Source of the DNA: Heterodontus francisci
Taxonomy: Eukaryota
DNA: 64,000 nucleotides
Reading direction: 5' to 3'
Assembly: GCF_036365525.1 (NCBI RefSeq)
Contig: NC_090406.1
Location: forward strand, 41,569,007-41,633,006
The notes under the pieces: generated by a model
Seen by the model: only the letters and a program-made list of their open reading frames with translations
Database searches by the model: none
What the model was told of the DNA's origin: nothing
In this document: one piece after another, positions 1 through 12,160 of the stretch
Layout: every line of letters starts with the position of its first letter
How positions within the stretch are numbered: the stretch's first letter is position 1
Position numbers and translations under genes: made by a program

Positions 1-1190
1 GCAGTGCATTCCAGGTCCTAACCATTCGCTGCATAAAAAAGTTTTACCTTATGCTGCCATTGGTTCTTTTGCCATTGACCTTAAATCAGTGTCCTTTGGT
101 ACCTGACCCTTCTGCCAATGGGAACAGTTTCTCTCTATCTACTCTGTAAAGATCCCTCATGATTTTGAACACTTCTGTCAACTTCTCCAATTTGTCTATG
201 TGGCTGAAGTTGCTCATCCCTGGATCCATTCTCGCAAATCTTTTCTGCACCCTTTCTAATGCCTTCTTCTTCTTTTGGGCCTCCTTATCTCGAGAGACAA
301 TGGATACGCGCCTGGAGGTGGTCAGTGGTGTTTTAGTCGCTGTGAGGCAACTATGGAGTGACCTCTCCATGGCGCATGCCTGGGCAAATTTATGGAGGTT
401 GAGAGTTGCCCAGTCGTCAAAACCCCCCTCTCGGCCTTTAGTACCCAGAATTGGACACGATACTCCAGTTGAGGCTGAACCAGTGTTTTATAAAGGTTCA
501 TCATAACGTCCTTGTTTTTGTACTCTATGCTTCTATTTATAAAGCCCAGGATCCCATATGACTTTTTAACTACTTGCTCAACCTGCCATGCCACTTTCAT
601 TAATTTGTGCACATATACATTCCAAGTCTCTCTGTTCCTGCAACTCTTTAGAATTGTATTTAAAATTTATTTTATTTTTGCCTCTCCCCATTCTTCCTAC
701 CAAAATGTATCAATTCACACTTCTCTGCATTAAATTTCATCTGCCACACGTCCGCCCATTCAACCAGCCTGACTATGTCCTCTTGAAGTCTATCACTATC
801 GTCCTCACAATACTTCAGTTCACAATACTTCCAAAGTTCCAAGTCATCTGCAAATTTTGAAATTGTCTCCTGTAAACCCAAGTCTAGGTCATTAATATAT
901 ATCAAGAAAAGCAGTGGGTCCTAGTACCGACCCCTGGAGAACCCCACTGTATACCTTCCTCCAGTCCAAAAAAATACAACCATTTACCACTACTTGCTAT
1001 GTCCTGTCACTCAGCCAACTTCATATCTATGCTGCCATTATCCCTTTTATTCCATAGGTTTCAGGTTTGCTGACAAGCCTGATATGTGACACTTTATCAA
1101 ACACCTTTTGTAAGTCCGTGTACACCTCATCAACCCTCTCTATTATCTCATCAAAAAACTCAAGCAACTTAAACATGATTTGTCGATTCA
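1..1190 (-). mobile_element. Decayed CR1 LINE ORF2 fragments, with a probable RTE-type 3' end inserted at about 265-437
   Basis: IYINDL, KFADD, WQMKFNAEKC, LYKTLVQPQLEY and ALERVQKRF motifs; the inserted piece ends in a (CTT)n tail. Confidence 0.8.
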
Positions 1191-1384
1191 TGCTGGGAAA
1201 TAGTTGTATGAGCACCAGGACCACCCTCTCCCCGTACCTGTGAGCAGGTGATAGTCAGCTGGCTTTCCTCAGCCGTTGGCAGCATGTGGGGTAATTTCAA
1301 CTTTGGATGATAGTGTAAAATGGCCACTATCGAATTAGCCGCCTATGAAACACCCCCATTTGGTTTGTTTCCCTTTGAAAGAAA

Positions 1385-1815
1385 AGAAAAAGAAAAATTT
1401 GCATTTCTATAGCGTCTTGCATGACTCACGACACTTTACAGCAACGGAAATACTTTTCGAAATGTAGTCACTGTTGTAATGTAGGAAACATAGTCGCCAA
1501 TTTCTGCACAGCAAGCTCCCACAAACAGCAATGTGATAATTACCAGATCATCTGTTTTAATGATATTGATTGAGGGATAAAAATTATCCAGGATATTTAG
1601 GAGAACTCTGCTATTCTTTTTAAAAATGGGCCCATGGGATCTTTGCTATCCACCTGAGACAGCAGACAGGCCTAATTTCCACTTCTGATCTGAAAGACAA
1701 CACCTCTGACAGTGCAGCATTCCCTTTATACTGCATTCAAGTGCCAGCTTAGATTTTGCCTGGACTGGGACTTGAACCTACTGAGTCAGAGGCAAAGGTG
1801 CTAACCACCAAGCTA
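1385..1815 (-). mobile_element. Deu-domain SINE (SacSINE1/DeuSINE-like)
   Basis: Contains ...CCATGGGATCTTT...CCACCTGAG...TCTGAAAGACAACACCTCTGACAGTGCAGCA..., recalled as the reverse of the Deu domain, with a tRNA-like head near 1770-1810. Confidence 0.65.
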
Positions 1816-1914
1816 CAGCTGACACCTATCAGCTATATATATGCTGATGTGGTCGTATGTTTGTGAATAGATAAGACTCAACAGGTTTTCCTCACCTAAT
1901 TTCAGCACACGGGG

Positions 1915-2270
1915 AGTTTGTTCATTCGTTGGTGTCATCTTCTTCTCAGAAGTTTGACTGTTATGTATCTCCACCTCTGTCTGTCCTGTGCTGCCCTTAC
2001 ACATTCTGCACAGGTCACCTGCATCCAATCCAATATATCTGTCATCCATCTTTTCTCTGCTTCCCTGGCATACCTTTTGCGTCGATTTTTCCTTCCAATA
2101 ATTGTCTCTGTCTACCTTCTGCTCTAATGATGTAACTGAAATATTGTACTTTCTCTCTTCGATGTTATGCATGAATTCCCTCTTTTCTCCAGCCATTTCC
2201 AGCACTTCCTCATTAGTCTTTCTGTCTGTGTAGGATATGTGGAACATCCTCTTATATGTCCTATACATGG
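1915..2270 (-). mobile_element. RTE-clade LINE 3' fragment
   Basis: ISYTDRKTNEEVL motif and a downstream LLEGKI-like segment typical of RTE C-termini. Confidence 0.65.
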
Positions 2271-3860
2271 GGAGTAATTATAATCTTAAAACTGGTGTGA
2301 AACTGGTGATATCACATTAATATCTCATTAAGATCCCATTAGTCAATCTGCTTCATATTCCTTTCCATTGAACCTGTAGGAAGGGAATATCGGCATGGTG
2401 TCTATAATAGGCAGCTAATTCATTATCATCAGTTTTACATCAACGTCCAAAGTAAAAATGATACCCTTTCACACTATCTCACTGGACAGTGATCCGGAGA
2501 GGGAACATTGACCAAGTGTTCCTCTCCCTTACTGAGGCTGCCAAGGCCAACTGTTGCCCTTTGTGGTTTGATTCAGTACAGGCACAGAATCCAACCTGAA
2601 CCTTCTGGCCTCTGTGCTTCAGTACTACACCAGCCTGTGCATTTAACTACTAAGTCAGTGAAGTTTTTAATATCTAAAAATGCATATTTATCTTTTCTAC
2701 TTTTTTCATCCAGCACCATTCTCTAATCATTTCATAGATTCCCTGTGTGGTGTAGATCCTTGTTCTACAGAAACAAGAAGGTCCAAGATGCAAACCTTCG
2801 TCTGTCCAGTGTTAGCAGTTGGGGATGCTAGAACTGGGCTCAGTCCTCCTGGATCGGGGAAGGAGGCGGGAAATAAATAAGCCAGAGATTTCCTGCAGCT
2901 GGCCGCTGTGCAGTGACATCAATTGGAAAGTGTACAAGCATATGTTGGGTGAGGACAGAATTGAGTTCAGTGATAGTGCCCTCCACAGTCGAATAGCTTG
3001 CTGACACATTATTTAGGCTCATGTGAAGAACGGCACACCTAAGGATAATGGAATAACTGCAGCATGCTGAACTGCAGTGGTTTGTCACAATATGGAGTCC
3101 TATGACACAAATTGCAGCCAGGAAAAATGTGAGGAGGGACTAGCTGGGCAATGTCAATGAGCAGCAAGGAGGGTCTTGTGTAGGGATGTCAACCCTCTAA
3201 CATTGTCTTGGAGTCTCCAGGAATTAAAGATTAATCTGCTGGACACTGCTGCGAGCAACCCAGGAGAACAAAATCATTGGAGCATTAAAAATATTATGCG
3301 TGCTTTACATTTTCCCTGAAATATTTATTAGTTATCAAAATATTAAAGTTGGGAAGAAAGCTGTTTGACTGGGACGGGGTAGTTCAAAGTTATATGATGA
3401 AATCTCCAACCAGAATTAGCAACCCTAATTTCAGGTCTGTTGGGCAGTGAATTTACCTTCGAGTGATTAGTTACACCCAAGACTTATGATTCCAAGATAG
3501 TGGGGTCCATGTGGAGGAATCCCGTGTACCCATACTCAGAACTGGGGAGTAAGGCTGGTGATGCTGCAACTTGTTGCCAGCTGAGTCTCAGTAGGGCTGG
3601 GGAAGGAACCCCGTAGATACAATGATTTGCAGGAGTGTGGAATTCCCTGGGAATGGTCATTTGGATGAGATATGAGTGCTCCAGCAAGAATCAGAGCCTT
3701 AAAGAAGGGAAATTAGGAACCGGCTGATCAAAGAGGTAAACAACCAATCGCCCTGAATATAATAAAAGCAAAATACTGCGGATGCTGGAAATCTGAAACA
3801 AAAACAAGAAATGTTGGAATCACTCAGCAGGTCTGGCAGCATCTGTGGGAAGAAAAGCAG

Positions 3861-3897
3861 AGTTAACGTTTCGGGTCAGTGACCCTTCTTCGGAACT
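3861..3897 (-). ncRNA. Minimal hammerhead-like motif (3' pLTR copy)
   Basis: Reverse complement of the motif at 8534-8570. Confidence 0.6.
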
Positions 3898-4264
3898 GAC
3901 AAATATTAGAAAAGTCACAGATTATAAGCAAGTGAGGTGGGGGTGGGGCAAGAGATAACAAAGGAGAAGGTGCAGATTGGACCAGGCCACATAGCTGACC
4001 AAAAGGTCACGGAGCAAAGGCAAACAATATGTTAATGGGTGTGTTGAAAGACAAGCATTAGTACAGATTAGGTGTAAATACACTGAATATTGAACAGCAG
4101 CAAGTGCAAACCTGAAAAAAAACCTGAAAAAAACAGTGGGTAAGCAAACTGAACAAACTAAGATGAAATGAAATAAATGCAAAAAAAGATTGTAAAAAAT
4201 GTAAAAAAGAATGTAAAAAAAAGGAAGAAAAAATAACTAAAAATGAAAGTAAAATGGGGGGCTG

Positions 4265-7014
4265 TCATGCTCTGAAATTATTGAACTCAATGTTCAGTCC
4301 GGCAGGCTGTAGTGTGCCTAATCGGTAGATGAGATGCTGTTCCTCGAGCTTGCGTTGATGTTCACTGGAACACTGCAGCAATCCCAGGACAGAGATGTGA
4401 GCATGAGAGCAGGGGGGAGTGTTTAAATGGCAAGCAACCGGAAGCTCAGGGTCCTGCTTGCGGACTGAGCGGAGATGTTCCGCAAAGCGGTCACCCAGTC
4501 TGCGCTTGGTCTCCCCAAGGTAGAGGAGACCACACTGTGAGCAGCGAATACTGTATAGTACATTGAAAGAAGTAGAAGTAAATCGCTGCTTCACCTGAAA
4601 GGAGTGTTTGGGGCCTGGGATAGTGAGGAGAGAGGAGGTAAATGGGCAGGTATTACACCTCCTGCGATTGCAGGGGAAGGTGCCCTGGGACGGGGACAAG
4701 GTGGTGGGGGTAATGGAGGAGTGGACCAGGGTGTCGCGGAGGGAACGATCCCTTCGGAATGCTGACAGGGGAAGGGAGGGGAAGATGTGACTGGTAGTGG
4801 CATCACGCTGGAGGTGGCGAAAATGGCGGAGGATGATCCTTTGGATATGGAGGCTGGTGGGATGAAAAGTGAGGACAAGGGGAACCCTGTCACGGTTCTG
4901 GGAGGGAGGGGAAGGGGTGAGGGTAGAGGTGCGGGGAATGGGTCGGACACGGTTGAGGGCCCTGTCAACCACAGTGGGGGGAAATCCTCAGTTGAGGAAA
5001 AAGGAGGTCATATCAGAAGCACCGTCATGGAAGGGAGCATCATCAGAGCAGATGCGTCGGAGACGGAGAAACTGGGAGAATGGAATGGAGTCCTTACAGG
5101 AGGTAGGGTGTGAAGAAGTGTAGTCGAGGTAGCTGTGGGAGTCGGTGGGCTTATAATGGATATTGGTAGACAACCTATCCCCAGAGATGGAGACAGAGAA
5201 GTCGAGGAAGGGAAGGGAAGTGTCAGAGATGGACCATGTAAAGGTGAGACAAGGGTGGAAATTGGAAGCAAAGTTGATAAAGTTTTCTAGTTCGGGGCGG
5301 GAGCAGGAAACGGCACCGATACTGTCATCAATGTACCGGAAAAAGAGTTGGGGGAGGGGGCCTGAGTAGGACTGGAACAAAGAATGCTCGACATATCCCA
5401 CAAAAAGACAGGCATAACTAGGACCCATGTGGGTACCCATAGCGACACCTTTTACTTGAAGGAAGTGCGTGGAGTTGAAGGAGAAGTTGTTCAATGTGAG
5501 AACAAGTTCAGCCAGGCGGAGGAGGGTGGTGGTGGATGGGGACTGGTTGGGCCTCTGTTCCAGGAAGAAGCGGAGAGCCCTCAAACCATCCTGGTGGGGG
5601 ATGGAGGTGTAGAGCGATTGGACGTCCATAGTGAAGAGGAAGCGGTTGGGACCAGGAAACTGGAAATTGTCAAAATGACGTAGGGCGTCAGAAGAGTCAC
5701 GGATGTAGGTGGGAAGAGACTGGACCAGCGGCGAAAAGATAGAGTCTAGATAGGAAGAAATAAGTTCAGTGGGGCAGGAGCAGGCTGACACAATGGGTCT
5801 GCTGGGACAGTCCCGTTTGTGGATTTTGGGAAGGAGGTAGAAGCGGGCTGTCCGGGGTTGTGGGACTATGAGGTTGGAAGCCGTAGAGGGAAGATCTCCA
5901 GAGGAGATGAGGTCAGTGACAGTCCTTTGGACGGTGGCTTGATGTTCGGTGGTGGGGTCATGGTCCAGAGGGAGGTAGGAAGAGGTGTCTGTGAGTTGGC
6001 GTTGAGCTTCTGCAAGGTAGAGGTCGGTACGCCATACAACAACAGCACCACCCTTGTCTGCAGGTTTGATGACCATGTCGGGGTTAGACCTGAGAGAACG
6101 GAGTGCCTCAAGTTCAGAGGGGGACAGGTTAGAGTGAGTGAGGGGGGCAGAGAAATTGAGACGACCAATGTCTCGCCGACAGTTTTCAATGAAGAGATCA
6201 AGAGCGGGTAAGAGGCCAGGGGGAGGGGTCCAGGTAGAGGGAGAATGCTGGAGGCGGGTGAATGGGTCTGCTGGTTGGGGGGAGGACTCCTGGTCGAAGA
6301 AGTGAGCCCGGAGGCGGAGGCGACGGAAGAAGAGCTCAACGTCATGCCGAGTGCGAAATTCATTGAGGTGGGTCGTAAGGGGATAAAACTGAGACCTTTG
6401 CTGAGTACAGAACGCTCAGCATCAGAGAGGGGGAGGTCAGAGGGTATAGTGAATACACGGCAAGGGGTCAGATCAGAAGGGGTGGGGTCAGAGGGAAGTG
6501 AAGCGGAAGGAGGATCTGGAGGGGCATTAGTCCCCATCAGCTGCTGGAGCTTGCGTTCCTTAACACCTGAAAGGAAGAAAAAAAGTTTTTTGTTAATGCG
6601 TCGGATGAGACGTAAGATGAGATGAAACTGCGGAGTAGAACAGCTTTGAGATAAGGTAAGACGGTGCTGCTGGAGAGAGAGGTCCAGTGTGTGCATGTGG
6701 CGGCGCATAGCACTGAGTGTGGATCTCAGGATGCGGCGAGAGTAGCAGTCCGAGGAACGTTGTATTTCTCGGAGATACCTGTGATCCTGGGTGGTTTCAA
6801 AGCATGATGGGTGAAACTGCAGTTGGAATCCACGTGGAATAAGTCGGAGCTGGAGACAGTCACTGAGGAAGGAGATGTGGCTGTGAAAACTAGTTTTGGT
6901 AGATACCTTATCAAACACCAGGAGGGAAATAGAAAGCAATGAAGGTGAACAAGGTAAAAGAGACAAACGAAAATCCCGTCGGAGAGAAGAGCAGAACTTC
7001 TTCAAGGTAGGCAT
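4265..7014 (-). pseudogene. Penelope RT + GIY-YIG endonuclease ORF, disrupted
   Basis: Split over three ORF-track entries, with a frameshift near 6370 and an in-frame TGA at 4988-4990 that reads CGA in the + copy at 7441. Confidence 0.88.
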
Positions 7015-7137
7015 TCCTGGAAGAGAAGTGGCAGTGAATTAAACACTAAAATAAAAGCAAAATACTGCGGATGCTGGAAATCTGAAACAAAAACAAGAAA
7101 TGCTGGATTCACTCAGCATCTGTGGGAAGAGAAGCAG

Positions 7138-7174
7138 AGTTAACGTTTCGGGTCAGTGACCCTTCTTCGGAACT
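7138..7174 (-). ncRNA. Minimal hammerhead-like motif (5' pLTR copy)
   Basis: Reverse complement of the motif at 8534-8570. Confidence 0.6.
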
Positions 7175-7201
7175 GACAAATATTAGAAAAGTCACAGAAA
7201 G

Positions 7202-8630
7202 TCTCTGACACTTCCCTTCCCTTCCTCGACTTCTCTGTCTCCATCTCTGGGGATAGGTTGTCTACCAATATCCATTATAAGCCCACCAACTCCCACAGCT
7301 ATCTCGACTACACTTCTTCACACCCTACCTCCTGTAAGGACTCCATTCCATTCTCCCAGTTTCTCCGTCTCCGACGCATCTGCTCTGATGATGCTACCTT
7401 CCATGACGGTGCTTCTGATATGACCTCCTTTTTCCTCAACCGAGGATTTCCCCCCACTGTGGTTGACAGGGCCCTCAACCGTGTCCGATCCATTCCCCGC
7501 ACCTCTACCCTCACCCCTTCCCCTCCCTCCCAGAACCGTGACAGGGTTCCCCTTGTCCTCACTTTTCATCCCACCAGCCTCCATATCCAAAGGATCATCC
7601 TCCGCCATTTTCGCCACCTCCAGCGTGATGCCACTACCAGTCGCATCTTCCCCTCCCTTCCCCTGTCAGCATTCCGAAGGGATCGTTCCCTCCGCGACAC
7701 CCTGGTCCACTCCTCCATTACCCCCACCACCTCGTCCCCGTCCCAGGGCACCTTCCCCTGCAATCGCAGGAGGTGTAATACCTGCCCAATTACCTCCTCT
7801 CTCCTCACTATCCCAGGCCCCAAACACTCCTTTCAGGTGAAGCAGCGATTTACTTCTACTTCTTTCAATGTACTATACAGTATTCGCTGCTCACAGTGTG
7901 GTCTCCTCTACATTGGGGAGACCAAGCGCAGACTGGGTGACCGCTTTGCGGAACATCTCCGCTCAGTCCGCAAGCAGGACCCTGAGCTTCCGGTTGCTTG
8001 CCATTTCAACACTCCCCCCTGCTCTCATGCTCACATCTCTGTCCTGGGATTGCTGCAGTATTCCAGTGAACATCAACACAAGCTCGAGGAACAGCATCTC
8101 ATCTACCGATTAGGCACACTACAGCCTGCCGGACTGAACATTGAGTTCAATAATTTCAGAGCATGACAGCCCCCCATTTTACTTTCATTTTTAGTTATTT
8201 TTTCTTCCTTTTTTTTACATTCTTTTTTACATTTTTTACAATCTTTTTTTGCATTTATTTCATTTCATCTTAGTTTGTTCAGTTTGCTTACCCACTGTTT
8301 TTTTCAGGTTTTTTTTCAGGTTTGCACTTGCTGCTGTTCAATATTCAGTGTATTTACACCTAATCTGTACTAATGCTTGTCTTTCAACACACCCATTAAC
8401 ATATTGTTTGCCTTTGCTCCGTGACCTTTTGGTCAGCTATGTGGCCTGGTCCAATCTGCACCTTCTCCTTTGTTATCTCTTGCCCCACCCCCACCTCACT
8501 TGCTTATAATCTGTGACTTTTCTAATATTTGTCAGTTCCGAAGAAGGGTCACTGACCCGAAACGTTAACTCTGCTTCTCTTCCCACAGATGCTGCCAGAC
8601 CTACTGAGTGATTCCAGCATTTCTTGTTTT
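7202..8630 (+). mobile_element. Inverted partial Penelope copy (RT C-terminus, GIY-YIG, 3'UTR)
   Basis: Near-identical reverse complement of 3801-5229; ORF 7258-8166. Confidence 0.93.
8534..8570 (+). ncRNA. Minimal type I hammerhead-like motif in Penelope pLTR
   Basis: AGTT-CCGAAGA-A-GGGTC-ACT-GACCC-GAAAC-GTT-AACT: stem I AGTT/AACT, stem II GGGTC/GACCC, palindromic stem III, U4->C core variant. Confidence 0.6.
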
Positions 8631-8659
8631 GGCCCTGAATATAATCCTCTGGCAGCTGA

Positions 8660-9090
8660 AAACGGGCCATTACCTACACTGGCTTGCAGTTAAGCAAAGC
8701 CTTGATTTTAAAATTCTTATTCTTGTTTTCAAATCCTTCCATGGCCTCTCCCCTCCCTATCCCTGTAATCTCCTCCAGCCCCACATCCCTCCAAGATGTC
8801 TGCGCTCCTCTAATTCTGGCCTCTTGAGCATTCCTGATTTTAATCGGTCCACTATCGGCGTTGGTACCCTCAGCTGCCAAGGCCCTAAGCTCTGGAATTT
8901 CCTCCCTAAACCTCTTTGCTTCTCTATCTCTTTTTCCTCCTTTAAGACGATCCTTAAAACCTACCTCTTTGATCAAGGTTTTAGTCCTAATATCTCCCTA
9001 TCTGGCTCAGAGTTAAATTTTGTTTTATATCGCTCCGGTGAAGGCCAATTGGAACATATTATTTTGTTAAAGGTTGTTGTTAGTCATTCA
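8660..9090 (+). mobile_element. L2-like LINE 3' fragment
   Basis: LHWL...FKILILVFKS.HGL.PPY...LRSS...PKLWN.LP motif. Confidence 0.75.
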
Positions 9091-9139
9091 TGTTGTAACT
9101 TGTAATGTTCTATTTTTTGGAAATGTAGCAAATAGGGTA

Positions 9140-9730
9140 GTAGGAGACTTCAGGAGGACATAGATTGCCTGCTAAAATGGGCAGACACTTGACAGGTGAA
9201 ATTTAACACATATGAAGTGATATACTTTGGAAGAAAGAATGAGTGGGGATTGCAGGAACAAAGAGACCTGGGTTTCTTTGTACACAAATCTTTGAAGGAC
9301 ACAGGACAAGTTGAGAAGGTTGTTTAAAAAGTCATACAGGAACAGAGTCTTGAAATACGAAAGCAAGGATATTATCATGAAACTTTATAAATCATCACTT
9401 AAGCCTGTGCTAAACTATGGCATCCAATTCTGGGTATCATACTTTAGAAAGAATGTAAAGGCCTCAGAGAGGGTGAAGAAGAGATTTATTAGAAAGGTAC
9501 CAGAGATGTGGGTCTTCAGTTATGTCAAGAATTAGGGGCTGTTCCTCTTAGAACAGAGCAAGTTAAGGGGAAATTTTTTAGAGGTATTCAGACTCATGAA
9601 GGTGCTGATAGAGTAAATAAGAAGAAACTGTTTCCAGTGGTAAAAGGGTTGGTAACCAAAGGATAAAGATTTAAAGTAATTGGCAAAATAACCAGAGCTG
9701 GGATGAGATATTATTCAGGCAACAAGTTGT
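9140..9730 (+). mobile_element. Decayed CR1 fragment
   Basis: LYKS..KPVLNYGIQFW and ERVKKRF motifs. Confidence 0.75.
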
Positions 9731-9734
9731 TATG

Positions 9735-9868
9735 GGTTCTGATGAAAGGTCACAGACCTGAAATGCTAACTCTGTTTCTCACTCCACAAATGCTGCTAGA
9801 TTTGTATATTTCCAGCACGTTCTGATTTTATTTCAGATTTCCAGCATCCGCAGTATTTTGCTTTTATT
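9735..9868 (+). mobile_element. Old Penelope pLTR remnant with CTGATGA hammerhead core
   Basis: CTGATGA-A-AGGTC-ACA-GACCT-GAAA, then the family tail ...CATCCGCAGTATTTTGCTTTTATT. Confidence 0.7.
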
Positions 9869-10029
9869 CAAAATTAATTAGTTCTGGAAGATTACAGACT
9901 AGTTGCCTCAATCCATGTTGCGGAGCCCGAGGAGTTTAAGCAGATAAATAGATAGGAATTATTTGTGATCCTCGGTTTGTACGGGGGGCAGATTTAACGA
10001 CAGGACGCATTAAAGGTCAGGAAAGGCGA

Positions 10030-10102
10030 AGAATCGCTTCCGGTCTCAGGGTATAAGAGGCAAGTGAGGGCATACTTCCGGTCTCTCGAGCGTGCAGTGA
10101 AA
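10030..10102 (+). promoter_or_regulatory. RPL37 core promoter / 5'UTR
   Basis: Two CTTCCGGTCTC (ETS/GABP-type) motifs at 10037 and 10075, TATA-like TATAAG at 10052, a pyrimidine-rich putative start region near 10075, and local CpG enrichment. Confidence 0.7.
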
Positions 10103-10105
10103 ATG
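10103..10105 (+). CDS. RPL37: RPL37 coding exon 1 (initiator ATG only)
   Basis: AAAATG|GTGAGT donor in a CpG-rich promoter. Joining it to exon 2 gives [10 protein letters not shown]; an ATG-only first coding exon is the vertebrate RPL37 layout. Confidence 0.9.
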
Positions 10106-10637
10106 GTGAGTGCCGTAGTGTCGAGGGGAAGATTTAGGAGAATCCGTGTTCATCTACTCTCGCCAGGTCATTAACACCACATCGCCGCTGGGGATTAACT
10201 CTACACACGTTCAGTTATTCTATCGCACCGATATTGCGGGTGTTGGCAGATAAAAATGACGTTGGTCGAAATATTTAGGCCTCAGGCGCCCTTTCACTGC
10301 AGCTGTCACTCGAGCCCGGGGACTGAAGTTGGGCCTACTGCTTCTGCTTTATAGTAGGCACAGGCCTATTTGGAATGATGTTGATTATAGGGCATGAGCT
10401 GGATCTGTGTACGCTTCTGGGGTGTGGGACTGGGTAACTAATCCTAGTTTCACCAGGCGCCAAACGGGAGGCATTGTCATTTTAACTGGTATTGGCCAGG
10501 CTCAGTGTCCTGAAGACAGTTTGCACTAATGGTGTCACCGTCTGTTCCTCTGTTGCTAATCCTGCATAGTTCCATCCCTATAATAAACCTCTGGTGTCTT
10601 TCCCATGTTGATCGCAGCCCGACAAAATTATCCCAAT

Positions 10638-10720
10638 GTAATAAAAGCAAAATACTGCGGATACTGGAAATCTGAAATAAAAACAAAGTGCTGGAAATAT
10701 TCAGTATATCTGGCAGCTAT
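10638..10720 (-). mobile_element. Short Penelope tail insertion in RPL37 intron 1
   Basis: AATAAAAGCAAAATACTGCGGAT... flanked by the direct repeat ATTATCCCAAT (10627-10637, 10721-10731). Confidence 0.75.
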
Positions 10721-11739
10721 ATTATCCCAATATTGGTTCATTCTGTACAATGGATCTTGACCAGTTTGGAGAGAGTAATGTTTTGGATTTTGTTCAGTTT
10801 ATTGGCTTAAGGGGCTTGTATTTTCCTCCTTTCAACTGATTTTTGGTCATGCTGATTACTGAAGTTGTGTAGAGTTAGGCAAGTCCATAATAGGGATGCT
10901 ACATCACACCCAACTTACTAGTTTGAAATGCATGTTCAGGAGGCTAAATGATGACTAAAACAGAAGTTGTTAGCACCTGAAAGGGTGATGGGTTAAATAT
11001 TCAGGAATTCTTCACAGGAAGGGTACCTAGTTAATCATTTACCTGTGTCCTTTTCTGACACTTTATACAACATTGTAGAAATTACTGTGGGGTGGGGGAA
11101 AGATTCAGCTCATGCCAGCATTGATTCTAACTTTTCATCTCTAATCCTATTTTCTCTGTATCCTTTTCAAATACCTACTGATGACACATGAAATATATAG
11201 CATCTCCCTTAGCCCTAATCAGCCCTGTTTTCATTTCATATTTGTGTCTCTTTGACCACTTCTGACTTTACATGATGTGATGTACAGATTATTTCTTGGA
11301 GAGCAAATAAATTGATTTTCCTGCATCTTGAGGCTGTATGTTATAAAGTGGTACACACCATTATACACGGAAAAGCATCAAAATTCATTAATTGTTAAAA
11401 AAGGAAACCTGAAATTCACATTCACATGTCCAAAGATGCAGACTCAGACAGCCTGTGCCAGGTTTTAAATTTGAAGCAGGAGATGATCTATGTGCAGTAC
11501 CAGAATAAAGTGATTCCAATGAAAGATCATTGACCTGAACGTTCACTCTGCTTCTCACTCCACAGATGTTGCCTGAACTGCTAGGATGTATATATAATTG
11601 AATATCATCTAAACTGTTGGTTTCATTTATAGTATAGGTGCATTTAAGGGTAAACCTAGATCACTACATGAATGAGAAAGAAATAGAGGGATGTCTTAAT
11701 AAATTTTGGGAGCAGCCCCCTAAAAGCACTGCGCTGTTA

Positions 11740-12160
11740 TTTTTTTTTGCCAAAATATACTTTGCTCATAAAATTTGTAAAAGTACACTACATAATTCAG
11801 ATTTGATATATAAAGTGCAATATAGATAAGTTTATTTCAATACAATACATGAGGTGCCTTACTATACTTGCCATTACAGGTTGTATTTACAAGGTACAAT
11901 TACATTTCATGTCAAACATTCTCTGGTACATAGAGCCCAAGGGATTTTACATGGGTTCCAGAATATTGGCATACTATGGCAGGGGGGCCTTGGGTAGTGG
12001 CTTTTCCCCTTTGAGCCTTAGCGATGGCTGCTCCAAGCTTTAGTGCATCCCTCAGCTCATAGTCCTGGACATTGGAATGTACCTGTCTGCAACACTCTGT
12101 CATTGACAGGTCTTTGCACTGGAAGACCAGCAAGTTTCGGGCAAAGCATTATTATGTTGA
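11740..12160 (-). mobile_element. Tx1/L1-like LINE 3' end in RPL37 intron 1
   Basis: VQDYELRDALKLGAAIAKAQRGK C-terminal motif and a poly(A)-like tail (T-run at about 11740). Confidence 0.5.

Larger units (their letters stand above)
3764..8631 (-). mobile_element. Penelope-like retroelement (Neptune-type) composite: full-length copy on -, plus an inverted 3' copy on +
   Basis: RT motifs (LFTMDVQSLY, GVAMG, RYIDD), Cys linker CNRRRCNTC and GIY-YIG (VLYSI...YIGET). Direct pLTR repeats at 3761-3921 and 7050-7198. 14-bp TSD GCCCTGAATATAAT at 3750-3763 and 8632-8645. Confidence 0.93.

Noticed and set aside
3922-4182. Repeated 86-87 aa hydrophobic ORF (also 8249-8509 and 59500-59763)
   Set aside because: It is the T-rich Penelope 3'UTR with a non-ATG start; identity among copies reflects recent transposition.
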